From Tubulanus polymorphus (taxonomy: Eukaryota; Animalia; Nemertea), in NCBI RefSeq assembly GCF_964204645.1, contig NC_134027.1, positions 23,088,560 through 23,152,559 of the forward strand: a DNA stretch of 64,000 nucleotides, read 5' to 3'. Each line of letters opens with the position of its first letter. Position 1 is the stretch's first letter. Positions 36,601 through 48,237 of the stretch are shown here, piece after piece. Position numbers and translations under genes: made by a program. Under the pieces are notes generated by a model that was given only the letters and a program-made list of their open reading frames with translations, was not told the DNA's origin and searched no databases.

Positions 36601-39600
36601 ATAATGCCCATTGTGGTCTAACCGTAGTTCTCATAATTGTAACCTAAGGGAAACTGAGACGAATCAAGGGAATGATATAAACGGGATGTTTTTGATTGGG
36701 TAAAATAGAAAGTGGGGTAGTCCTTCATTTTTCAAAAACCGGATATAATGATGATTTACCTGGAGCCAACATCATTGGAGCCAACAGCAATCTCACTAAA
36801 AGACACATAGTTGAATTGGCTTTGATTATCACTCATTACGACGGCTCTGTCAACCTCAACCGGTTTCAGCCGCCATTGTAAACTCCCTTCAAAATATTCG
36901 TATCCTTTGTCATACATATAATTCTATATACGTATGCTGTGTATTTTATTTGGCAAGTAATTTTAGATTGAAGATGGGTGGTAGCAACCACCCGAAATAT
37001 TTCTACTTTTTCGCTATCAATTCATTCATTGTGGGGTTTTACTCTTATCGTTTTATTCCGGAGATTTTGTGAGCTACAACTGATTCCTGTTGATTCTTTT
37101 ATTTTGATGTCGATGATTTGTTTTAAATTGCCAATATCAATTATTTAGCAGGCGTATTGAAAATGTACCATCGAAACCTCCGTTTCAAAATACATGCAGT
37201 TTCATATTTACAGCACCCCCGAATGGACCAGTCCTAACATCTCAACCAATCACCGCCATCAACAACGTCGTCACAGTACAGGAGAATTCACCATTAACAA
37301 TCACATGTAACGGTTCACAGCCTGGAGCTACAGGACTGGCGTATATATGGAGTAGTGCCAATCTATCAGGACAGTCTAATAATAAACTCAGTTTTACACG
37401 AATCAGTAAAACTGATTCAGGTGTTTATACATGTACCGTATCAAATACATTAGGATCAGTCACTGGTAGTGTAACTATCAATGTTCTATGTAAGTATTAC
37501 GTTAAGATAGATGAACACACGTGATTTACCTAGTATTCATATTAGGCAATTTGTAACAGAAATTTGTTGGAAATAACCCAGTCAATGGATTCAAAGGAGT
37601 TCGTTTTTCAAATCTGTGTTTCATCGATTTCGTTTAAGAAACGAAATATGTATAGGTACCTACCTATATCTGCGTCGAATGCTGAGGAAAACGCGCGCTA
37701 CTCCTTTACGGATTTTATTATGAAGTGCATTTAGTAGGCTGAATTATGTTAAAGATTCTATCCTTATCAAATGACATTTTGTCACATCGGTATAAAGCAA
37801 TTATCTAGAACAATGAAGTAGGAACGAAAATATCGTCAGATTACCACAAAATATGAATCTAAACGCGTTTATCCTTTAACCGCGGACTCTTCTCAGGCAT
37901 ATTTTACCCTATTCAAACGGGTGTGTTCTAGACCCTTGTGTCCCATTAATTATAACAGATATACATATTTCATTCAAATGAATCTTCCCATCCATCGATA
38001 TTCACCATATTTTCTCTACATGAAGTCTATTCGTCACGATATTGTGATCGGGTGAGACGCCGCTTTGAAAAATATGCGGCAGTTTACCAGCGAACCGGAA
38101 CAATTAAAACATCATCAATAACATACGTGATCCATCATTTCATCCAAAAAACAGTAGTTTCAGTAGAAGTAATCATTATGTGCATTTCCATGGTTCATTT
38201 CATATAATCATAACAACAAAAATTGCTCCTCGTTTTTTCGAAAACAGCCACATCAATAGAAATAAATTATTTTTAGTTCCAGCAACAAAACTGACAAATG
38301 TTAAGAAACCGGCAGATTATGTATTAGTAAACGATAATCAACAGATAGAGTGTAAAACTGACTCGTCAAACCCGGCTGTACAGATTCAGTGGTTCATATA
38401 TTCCTCCACCACATGGACAGCACTTGTCTCTCAACCAACTACGAGTCAAACTAGTGCAGCCTATCACGGGTTTATGGCTACTAGCGCATTATCTATTACT
38501 GCAACTAAATCTATGAATCGGGCTCAATACAGATGTCAAACTGGAAATCTGTACAAAGATACAACAATTACCGTTCACTGTAAGTATGAAACGCTATTTC
38601 AGATATCAAATGAAGTGTTGTAGATTGTTGTTCATATAAATGCCCTTTCCCTGAATGGCTAATGAAGGAGCGTGAATTTAAATATTTGTTTATAGTTCCA
38701 CCAGAATCAATGACACTGACTGAAATTCCAAACGGTCCAGTTGTTGAAGGAACATCTAAAACTCTGACGTGTACAACTGACTCCAGTAACCCGGTGTCGA
38801 CAATTATGTGGGCGTACAGCTCTGGGACGACAACGTGGACAGATATTTCACCCAACCCAGCAGTACATCATAAACCCGGATCTCACAGTGGACAGACATC
38901 TACTTGTAATCTAGTAGTATCAACTGATAAGGATAAGAATGGAAGACAATACAGATGTACAGCTTATCAGAACAGTCAACCTGTTAACGGTGTCACCAAA
39001 TCCATGACATTGTCTATATTGTGTAAGTGTCAAATTGTGTAAAAGTCAATTTGTTTTCTTTAAACATCTATTGTGCAGAAATGAGATGTAATCGAACCCG
39101 CTTCGTCCGAGGTCTCTGATTATTGAGGCAATGAAATGAAAAATTATCTTTTAACTATGTTAAACATAGAAGTTAGTGTATATCAAATGGTTGGATATCG
39201 ATCGAATCCACGAATGATCATTTCTCACAGAAACATTATCAAAAACTGATTGCAGTAAAAACTGAAATGATTATATACAAGTGAATTTTACTCCATCTAT
39301 CTGTGATATCTTATTGCCGATGTCCGCTGTAAACAACCAGCATATACCCTTTTACGAGAGCGTATTGGGGACATTATTACTTTACATACATCGCAGGACA
39401 ACATTTTCAATAAGTGATCTATATTTTCTAAAATTCTATTCCAAGTTCGTTACTAAATGGAATGAAATTCCTTATAGTTTTAGTACAACTGGTATAACTT
39501 CATTTGAATTATTACATTCTTTCATATCTAAAGTACTGATAAAAATTACTCTTGTAGCAACAAGAAAATATCTATTTTGTATACACTAGACACAACATAA

Positions 39601-42600
39601 CATATTTAGTTCAATTCTATAATAGATGCACCACAGCTTTCTTCACAAGTCGAACCAATTGCAGCAAATATAGGAGAAAGTATTAGATTTACGATAAACT
39701 TCGATGCAAATCCGCAAGCGACAACATTAGATTGCAGTCCCGATTCAACAAATGGCAAACGTTTAATGAAAAATACCGGTTCAAAGCAGTGGGATGTCAT
39801 CATACAATCAGTTCAGGCGTCTGATTATGGATCTTATTCGTGTAAACTCAATAATTCAGTTGGTAGCGCAGAAATAACACTGAAACTGACGGAAACCGGT
39901 AAGTAGGCCTACGAAGTGCCTTTTTCGGATAGGACATTTTTAGAGACACACGGTCACTTGCGCTATTTGCTACCTACAAAACTAATGAGATCTGCAGATA
40001 TCGATTGCAGTCTAAAACCTATTTTCAAAGAAAGTTTTCTTAGTCCTTCATCAACTTCATTCAACACCATTGCCCATCATCATACGTATTTTTTTGTTTC
40101 TTATTATTCCAGGAACTCCACAAACACCGTCAAATCTGTCAGTTATTGCAAAAACAGCGGTATCTGTGACGCTGAGTTGGGTGTCTGAATTTAAGGGTGG
40201 TGCCAAACAAACGTTCACCGTCAGTTACAGGATATCGGATTCCACACAATTCGTGAACAAAGCTGAAATATCCGATCCCGGTTATAGAAAACTGGTGCAA
40301 ACAAAAATAACCGGATTAAAACCAGCAACTGATTATCAGTTCAAAGTGAAAAGTGTCAACTCAAATCCCGGTGATAATACAAGTCCATTTACTGATGTAG
40401 TTACAACTAGAACAAATGGTAAGATTTGAAGCTCACGTCAATTGGAAAGCTTTCTAACACATTGCATGAATCTATCTATCGTCACCGGAGACACTAAAAA
40501 ATGCACGTCCTTGATCCTGATCGTTAGAGTTCTTCCTCAACCTTTATTTTTTTTTAATAGTGAATTTTCACTCTTATTAATTTTATTTATTGATTGATTT
40601 TTTTCTGATCTGAATTTCGCATCCGTTATCGACTCACCACGTCTTCGGAGAACGAACAGGGAGTATTACTTTGAAATCGGAAATCGAAATACAGACGAAG
40701 TAGTCGACTTACATGATTTGTTTCAAGTCGAAGTACGCAATTTCGGTTCCAGTTTGTTCGAACAATCTTTCAACTAGCCTGAACCAGCGAGCCACTGGTT
40801 AAGCCCGCCGCACACGCCACCAAAAAATCTTTTTTTCCTGGTGAAAAAAACGTCGTCGATGTTTTTTGTTATGCCGAGTGCGGGGGAGGCAAAATACAAA
40901 ACGCCGAACAGAAAATCGTTTTTCGTCAGGAAAAAACGTTTTTCACGAAAAAAAAACACTGCTTGATTTGCGAAAAACGTTTTGTTTAGCCGAAACAATT
41001 CTTCGTTCCGTGTCCGTTGGACGTTTTATCGTTTGCGGGCAAAACGTTTTACGAAAAACGTTTTGTGAAAAACGTGTTTTCTGTTTTGGCGAAACAAATA
41101 TTATGCCGCTTGCGGCGGGCTTTAGGGTTAATTTCGCTAGCTGCCCCGAGATTTGAAAATAACTCTACCATATAAATAAGGGTTGAAGTTCATGTCTCAG
41201 TCGTTAGTTTTAGCGGCTAGTGTGGGATGGACTAAACTGTAGACTCGCTCCTAATAAGACACAGCAGTGATATACGTATGCATGTATATTTTCGAATGTT
41301 TCAAGGAAAATACTGAAATTGGAGATATTTCATTCATTTTTCAGCTATTCCTAGGGCTATAAACTTTATATTGAAACAAGCCACTATAACACGAGATGGA
41401 AATCTTGTCTTGATAAGATTACCATCGTTTCCGTTAACGAAGTACCGCGTCTACGTGGAATACTGCATCAAAAATACAAAGCGATGTAAATCTACGAAAC
41501 CTATCGAAATTACCGATGGTTTGAATAGTATGCTTGAGATTGACCCCGACCATGCATATAGTTACAACCTGATTGTGACCGAGAGTCGTGACGTCATTTT
41601 GAGCCACGAGGTTCAATTGGAAGAAGGTACCGTTTGTGATATTCGGCTGTTTTCACTTGACGCCTAATACATCATTACATAATTTAATAATTCGGATTTT
41701 ATATGATAGAATTTATTATTTTGAAAACACAGCAACGTTTCGGCTGTTAACTAACAACCATCATCAGGCGGAATGATCCTGAAAGGCTCCGTTAAAGCCA
41801 CGATGATTGCTGTTAGTCAACAGTCGAAACGTTGTTGTGGTGTCAGAATAATAGATTGTATCACATAAAATTCGAATTGCGCGATTTATTCAATTATCCA
41901 CAGAGTACAGAGATACGAGTGTTTATTACGACTACCTACATCGTTACAATCAATTTACAGTTGTTGACAGTTAAGAGAAATAATTTAAAAAAAATTATCA
42001 CTGTATCAGATGCCTCTTGTTTTAGTATAGTATTTCAGTTAAGCCAATGTCTTTAACTTGACGTCATATTCAAATGTCTGAATACTTCGGTACATCATCT
42101 TTACAGATGATGGCAAGTGGAGTGTCGCTTCGTTAGTTCCGCTGATGATTGCTGGTGTTATTCTTGGTAGCATTGCGTTTTCTCTGGTGTTAATCTTAAT
42201 GATCGTACTCCTAATAAATCTACTCAGAAATAGAGGTTGCTCCTTAATTAACAAATCAAGAGGACCGTGAGTTGTTTTTAAGCTATTTCCTAACTGTGTG
42301 TGTCCTACCCGTACAATATGCCACCTTTTTGAATGATCTAGATAGAATAGCAATGCCACCCAATGCTTTAGAATTTGTACAAAACATCAAAAACGATGCA
42401 GTTTTAAAAATAAATGTCATTAAATCCATTGACGAACTTAGATTTTGAAAATAATTTGATTTTCTTAATTAAATAATTCGCCAAATTTAATGATACTTAA
42501 AAAACCAGGATGTCATGAATAGACTCGAAACTAGGCGTACATGTCACACCACGACGAGATTCGAATCCCATAATCTCCTTGAACCGAACATCCTGGCATC

Positions 42601-43332
42601 GGCGAAAGTTACAAGTTTATTTTCGGAAGTTGGGATTTGATACGTCACTAATGCTTTGAAATCCTTTCATTTCAGAGAGACTGGAAAATCAACCGTTGGT
42701 AAATGATAGCTTAAAGTAGAACTAGAGTTATATATAATTCAAGGAAAAATAAATCATAATCAAAATTATCATTATCAGTAGAATAACAGGGCTGGTAAAG
42801 ATGTTATCCATTTTGAAAATACACTATTAAAAAAGCAGATTACAATCTAATATATGTTTTATCTTATTGATTATATCATTATTGCTGAAATGATTTTGTA
42901 TCATTTCAGTTTATTCTAACAGTAATGAAGCCCGCCGTGACACAGACTCGCGTATGTATATTCGATGCATTTTACTCATACCTTCCCATCTCCCAGTGAA
43001 ATTGATTTACCATTAAGATAATTCGTCTTTCAGACTCTTACGCCGCGGCAACGCCGTACGTGAATGTGGCTTTTAGCGGTAAGTCAATCATCATTATTTT
43101 ATCAATTCACTCATACATGTGAATGACAACATTCTAAACAGAATTCTTAGAAACATCGTCACATAAAGCTTAGATGTCATCGACTTTGGTTGCAACTATT
43201 TCCTACTTTTGCTCTGCCATATTATTTTCGGGATAAAAATCATTTTTATCATCTGTGTTCATTCTTTGTTTTCCTTCAATGTAAGCAGAGTCAATAGATG
43301 ATCCGAATCCATATGAAGAAGTCAGGAACTAG
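33635..43332 (+). CDS. Gene C: complete IgSF receptor, ~830 aa (SP-V-a-c-d-f-FN3-X-TM-short tail with TPYVNV and YEEV)
   Basis: Exons 33635-33646, 33960-34011, 34921-35265, 37214-37489, 38277-38579, 38696-39022, 39626-39898, 40113-40418, 41345-41626, 42107-42266, 42676-42698, 42910-42951, 43034-43078, 43286-43332; sum 2493 nt in frame. Confidence 0.88.
33960..34011 (+). CDS. Gene C leader exon 2
   Basis: KCLAGIVVSFLMWTGIN(G); homologous to D/E leaders; preceded by the MYGK exon 33635-33646. Confidence 0.78.
34921..35265 (+). CDS. Gene C exon, atypical V-like Ig domain (2-aa deletion)
   Basis: GQQQNCIDAAD..IDSGMWNCDY; 345 nt. Confidence 0.9.
35490..37110. mobile_element. Old TIR element in the V-a intron of gene C
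   Basis: Inverted homology to B 28600-30620; boundaries approximate. Confidence 0.55.
37214..37489 (+). CDS. Gene C exon, Ig module a
   Basis: APPNGPVLTSQPITAINNVVTVQENSPLTITC; open 276 nt. Confidence 0.88.
38277..38579 (+). CDS. Gene C exon, Ig module c
   Basis: PATKLTNVKKPADYVLVNDNQQIEC. Confidence 0.9.
38696..39022 (+). CDS. Gene C exon, Ig module d
   Basis: PPESMTLTEIPNGPVVEGTSKTLTC. Confidence 0.9.
39626..39898 (+). CDS. Gene C exon, Ig module f
   Basis: DAPQLSSQVEPIAANIGESIRFTINFDANP..DYGSYSC. Confidence 0.88.
40113..40418 (+). CDS. Gene C exon, FN3
   Basis: GTPQTPSNLSV..GLKPATDYQFKV. Confidence 0.92.
40800..41124. mobile_element. MITE (TAAGCCCGCCGCA TIR)
   Basis: taagcccgccgca / tgcggcgggcttta termini; AT-rich internal palindromes. 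Confidence 0.65.
41345..41626 (+). CDS. Gene C exon, FN3-like domain X
   Basis: AIPRAINFILKQ..YVEYCIKNTKRC..IDPDHAYSYNLIV. Confidence 0.85.
41689..41877. mobile_element. Inverted-repeat Penelope-like remnant with hammerhead core
   Basis: Fold-back arms; minus strand 41731-41770 CTGATGA-TGGTTGTTAG/TTAACAGCC-GAAACGTT. Confidence 0.5.
42107..42266 (+). CDS. Gene C transmembrane exon
   Basis: SLVPLMIAGVILGSIAFSLVLILMIVLLINLLRNR; phase 1-2. Confidence 0.87.
42676..43332 (+). CDS. Gene C cytoplasmic micro-exons (4)
   Basis: PETGKSTV / VYSNSNEARRDTDS / HSYAAATPYVNVAFS / AESIDDPNPYEEVRN*; exon-for-exon homologous to gene D. Confidence 0.78.
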
Positions 43333-44124
43333 CAAAACAGAATACTATTGACCAGCCGGAACTTCTTATTGGATAAGATACTTAATATACAATATAGCAT
43401 GTGCTTGATTCGCCGACAATACATGACATGTGTATGCTGGGGATGTATTCCTGTTTGCTACGCCAAATTAACTGCTGAAGGAGGTTGTCTTGTCTTCAGA
43501 ATATCGTCAAACTATTACGAAACGACTGCGAAACATTGATGATCAAGTTGAACTAGAACAGATGAAACGTGGAATAGGTCTTGAAGTTGATGCCAATTCT
43601 GATGGTTCGTCGATGCAACAATGTTCGAATTCCTGCGAGTGAAGTTTAATTCTTACAAATTATGAGCGAAATCCGTGAAAAAAATCTGAGGATTGTTTCC
43701 TTGCTTATTACTTGCTTGTGCTTACTTAACAAGTGTTACTTAAGATGTGGTTTACTATCCATATGTAAATGCGTACAAGTAGATGAACTTTATGTCCTTT
43801 TTCAGCCGCTTATTTTTTGATGATGCGTATCATGATCGATGTGATTTTATTTCGATCCACAAAACTATAGTAACGTGTACAAATGTAAACAGCTGTAAGA
43901 AAAGAGAAGAAAATAATTGATAAGGCCAAAAAATTGATACCTTGTTTCTCATTTCTGCTGAACTTCAAAGTTGACTTGGGTCAACCACCTATCTAATACC
44001 CTGTATATTACTTTTTTTAAATCATGATCCATTTTACCATAACCGACCCGGTAGCTATAGAAATGAACTCATTACAAATTCAGTTGCAATTTACTAAATG
44101 ACTCTGTCGATTAGAAGAAACAAG

Positions 44125-46570
44125 TGTGGCGAAAATTGTCAATATCTGGGGTGGGTTTGACCACAAAATGTCGGTCTTTGGTGAAATTATATTATGTATT
44201 TCGGAATGGCCTTAAGCCGTTCTTTTCTCATTGTTTCTTTTTAGATGTACGTATTCCGGGACGGGGCTGGGTGTTCTGCGGCGATGTTTCGGGATCTTTT
44301 CGGCTCAATTTCAATCTGACAGATTTTTGGCAGTCCTGTCAGATTCCAATTTCACGACCTGGGCAGGCCCCCGCGGTGTTGGCCACGCCACATCGCGGTG
44401 ACATTAGCGATTTTTCGGCGCCTGTCCAGGCCATTCTTTTATCCTCCACCTACCTATTAGTGTGTGTTCTCCTTTTTATATTCGAGACCCAACTTCTTTG
44501 ATTTTGGGCCGTTTTGGTTCCGTCTCGTCGCCGGAGAATTCTCCAGCCCTGCTCGTGTTTACGCTCGTTTTTACGACGCCGTTCGCTGGCGCCGCCTCAC
44601 TTCCGTGTGAGCGTTTTCGCGGTGGTGCGGTTAACTCCGGTTTATTTTTAGTAAATATCTCCGTATCGGTCTTATAGTCGTCATTTTTCGCGTTAATCTT
44701 AAAATATTATAGAACTTAATTCTATTTCTCGCGTATGAAGTCTTTATTTAGGGTTTTATCATTCGTCACGGTCGAATGATTTCGCGTGCTCTACTTTGTC
44801 CGCGGATCGTATCACTGCTCGTCACGCTTGACCAATCACCGCGTGCGTTGACCGCATGAAAACTATAAATTTGGCGCAATCGCGCTCATTGGCAACTTGG
44901 CTCTGGCAGAGCCACATTAGAAACTCTTCTTGCTGTCTCTTCGCCGTTTTACGAATCGGACGCTGTAAATCGTACAGATCATGTAAGAAGACAATTTTAC
45001 TCTCTAATTAAGACACGGGCCTCCGGGTCGTCTGACCCCGGGATCGCTGCAGTGGTTTTTGACATCCCGCCCTCAGTGAGTCCCGAGTGCCGACGCACCC
45101 GGGGGTCGTGTAGTCGTCGGCCATGGGCTGCCGATAAACTCGTCACTTACAATCCTGTAAATATTGTAAATTCTCCGTCAGTTCATCGTCTGTTTAAATT
45201 CAATCCTCTAACGATGCCGACTTAACGCTCTCGTCGCTGTAATTAGTAATAGTAATACTAATAGTAGGGTAGGCCTATATCTTCTGTGCTATTTCCGTAA
45301 TTTTACTCCGAGATGTCGTTTCTGCTGACCATGAAAATCACCTGTATTCAGTAACTCCTTTTTCGAACGAACGCGCGGTCGTTTCATCTTCTTGACGTCG
45401 CCTCTGAATTTCGACTATTTGAGTTCGCGTCACCGACATTTTGAATTTGGCGCGCAGTCGTTGATTAACGACAACGCTCGTCGTTAACTATTTGACGCTC
45501 CGTCGTATAATTCTTATCGTTGATTGAAGACAACGCTCGTCGTTAACTATTTGACGCTCCGTCGTATAATTCTTATCGTTGATTAACGACAACGCTCGTC
45601 GTTAGCTACTTGACGCTTCGTCGTTAACATCTTAATCGTTGATTAGCTTCGACGCTCGTTTACTGAGACCTAAGTTATATTAGATACACACCGGAGTCCG
45701 CCGCGCCACCGCTTCTATTTGACGTTCGGTCGTCTCCTTTGTATGCTACCGTACATTGACTGTACCAAGGCTTTGCAAGCCATGAAGGGCACATTCTTTT
45801 TATATATCGAAATGTAAATAATCAAGGTGTTTTGCGTGTGGACATGATGTCCCCTTGGCATCAAGAACGATGAACTTTGTATTATAAGAAAATATATATA
45901 TTTAATAATTCGTACTACATTCCAATCAAACTTCGAATCTTGCGTTTATTTGATTCGCCGGCACTGGAAGGAAGGACGAGGATTTCGGTTTGTTTTCCTG
46001 CTGCATCGAACCCATTTAGTTCTACGTGAGGATCGTTCCCCTATTGACCGTCGCTACGGACAACACTTATGCATACGACTAGTTTGACAGATCTGGCATG
46101 AGTCGCAATTAGATCCTGAGATGACGGGGGACAGCTATGTGCGAGAGGGCACTTGGAATGGGGGTAGCCATATCCGCCGAGTAATCAACACTGCGAGTTT
46201 CGTCCGAGGAAAGCCCCTAAAGCGGATTACTCTGAGGAGAGCGGGTTGGGGGGTCTGTATTGGCCACACAGATTAAGGCTACGTGGAGTAGGGAGGCGAC
46301 TGTTTGGAGGAGAGCGTACTGCTTAAGCGCCCTTTTTAGCGACATTTTTTAATAGAGGAACCGATTCTACATATTTTATATCATTTACTTTCCTGGGGAA
46401 GACAAGAGTCTCCTTGCCGTATTCACTACCCGAGTGCGGTCGACCCAGGCGGACCCGTGTAGCGAGCGCCCCGGCACAGCAGAGTGACTACGACTACGCT
46501 ACCTATGGACAACAGCAGTCACTACATGAATTACTATTTTTTTTTTTATGTTTACACTACAACCGCTACA
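44125..46570. mobile_element. 2.45-kb TG...CA element with 4-bp TSD (probable solo LTR)
   Basis: CAAG|TGTGGCG ... CGCTACA|CAAG; higher GC; TATAAA ~44864; no coding ORF. Confidence 0.72.
45459..45660. repeat. ~59-bp minisatellite (about 3.5 copies) inside the TG..CA element
   Basis: cgttgattaacgacaacgctcgtcgttaactatttgacgctccgtcgtataattcttat repeated. Confidence 0.85.
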
Positions 46571-48237
46571 CAAGGTATGATTTTTGTTGAGCCTCAGGAA
46601 ATACTGAATATGGGTGTTCTTCATTAAACGTGAATTAGAATTAAGAGGGATGTATCTTAACTTAAGAATTTTACATATAACTAACCATGATTTTAGAAAT
46701 AAGAAGTGAACATTTGATCGAAGCTTAAATGTTTATGAGAAAAGAAAGGACAAATTTACGTTATTTGTTATTCTGAATTGACAGTTTTTTTGCTGTAAAT
46801 AATATATTATTTTTTAACGAATTGTTTTTTGCTTGTATCTCTTCATACTGTTGATACCGCAACGCAATATAACTCTTGTTGGTCGCATATCTAAGCGGAC
46901 ATTGGGATGATTATAACCTTTTTTACAAATGGATATGTTGATTAAAAGCAATCGCCACGCAATTTATACCAAATTGTATTTTTTCTAATCATTTTCTTTA
47001 CGGATGTTATACATATACTTTGTAGAATATATATTATCTTGAAAAGAAAAACAAAGTGTTGTCTTGTTAGTAAACATCATTTATTTTGGCACCTCCGTTA
47101 ATACGACGAAAAACGTCCATTATTTTCGGAAAATACCCGTTTTCGTGCGTCGACACAGATTTCTAGAGAAGATTCGACGTCTTTATTCTTGTTTAGGTGT
47201 TTCATTCGCATTCAGGCGTTCTGTGTCCTAATTTGCATATCAGGAATTTTATGAATTGTGTCTCCACAACAAAAATTCATCTGTTTACAACAAAAATGCC
47301 TATGGTGGAATTGTGGATAAAAGTAAGGCGAGAATCGGAATCGCAAATTAAACGAATGGCATTAAAGTGTCGAATGGTAGTGACAGTGTTTGTGTTTGAT
47401 ATTTCAGGTGAGGTTATTTACTAATGTTTAGTTCCGGCTAAGTGGCGGATATAGATGCCTATGCGTATTATTCAAACATTGATTAATAGCCTCGATAATT
47501 CTTATTTTGTCAATCCAATTCCCAGGCACGAATCAAAACACGCTTCCACGTTCTGTTTCAATTCCGTTCGCTGTGAATACCAATCGCTTTAGTGTAACTT
47601 ATACAATGCTTGAATAATGTACAATATAGATAGATATTCATGTAATCTTTAGGTTACTGCGTGAAAACTGTGCTTGGTTAATTATAAGCTTTTTTGGCAA
47701 TATCCATACTTCTGGTAAGTTGAATCAGACCACCGTATCATTTTTTCCTCTACATTGTTTTTATCTATGAAGGCCATAATGAAGATCAGACAATCATTTT
47801 CGTTTTCAAACATATCTCGCCTTTTTGGCTTACGTACGTAATTGTAGCCTGCGTTAAAAACGTAAGAAGGAACTATGACAATGATGATTTTGCCTTGCAA
47901 AAATGACGTGCATGTTGCGCGTAGTTGGAATAAAACTTTGGTTCTGTTATTCTTATCGGATGGGCGCTGACTGATTCGGATTTCGTTTCCAGGGTGCCAG
48001 ATGCCAGAAAGAGAGTTGAGTGGCCTATTGTGAGAAATCAAGACTTGTTATAGTTAGTGAAATTCTAAGTGAACTACTTTTCGCGCATAATGTGACTCGT
48101 GATAACTTTTGATGAACGATTTCGTGGCAACATTTTGTAAAGAAACGTTTTTAAATTATTGATCGAACAAAATCCATACTATACCAGACAAGTGTCTTAT
48201 TTCGATGAAAGTATAGTTCCGTGTTTATATGCCGCGT

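Larger units (their letters stand above)
43922..46594. mobile_element. MITE of the 15031 family, interrupted by a TG..CA element
   Basis: Left TIR aaggccaaaaaattgataccttgt; right TIR split as ..aaacaag | caaggtatgatttttgttgagcct. Confidence 0.7.

Noticed and set aside
44124-44677. ORFs inside the TG..CA element
   Set aside because: No gag, RT, integrase or transposase motifs recognisable.
45459-45660. Regular repeats resembling a CRISPR array (also 29753-29875)
   Set aside because: Head-to-tail minisatellites without unique spacers, in eukaryotic DNA with no cas genes.
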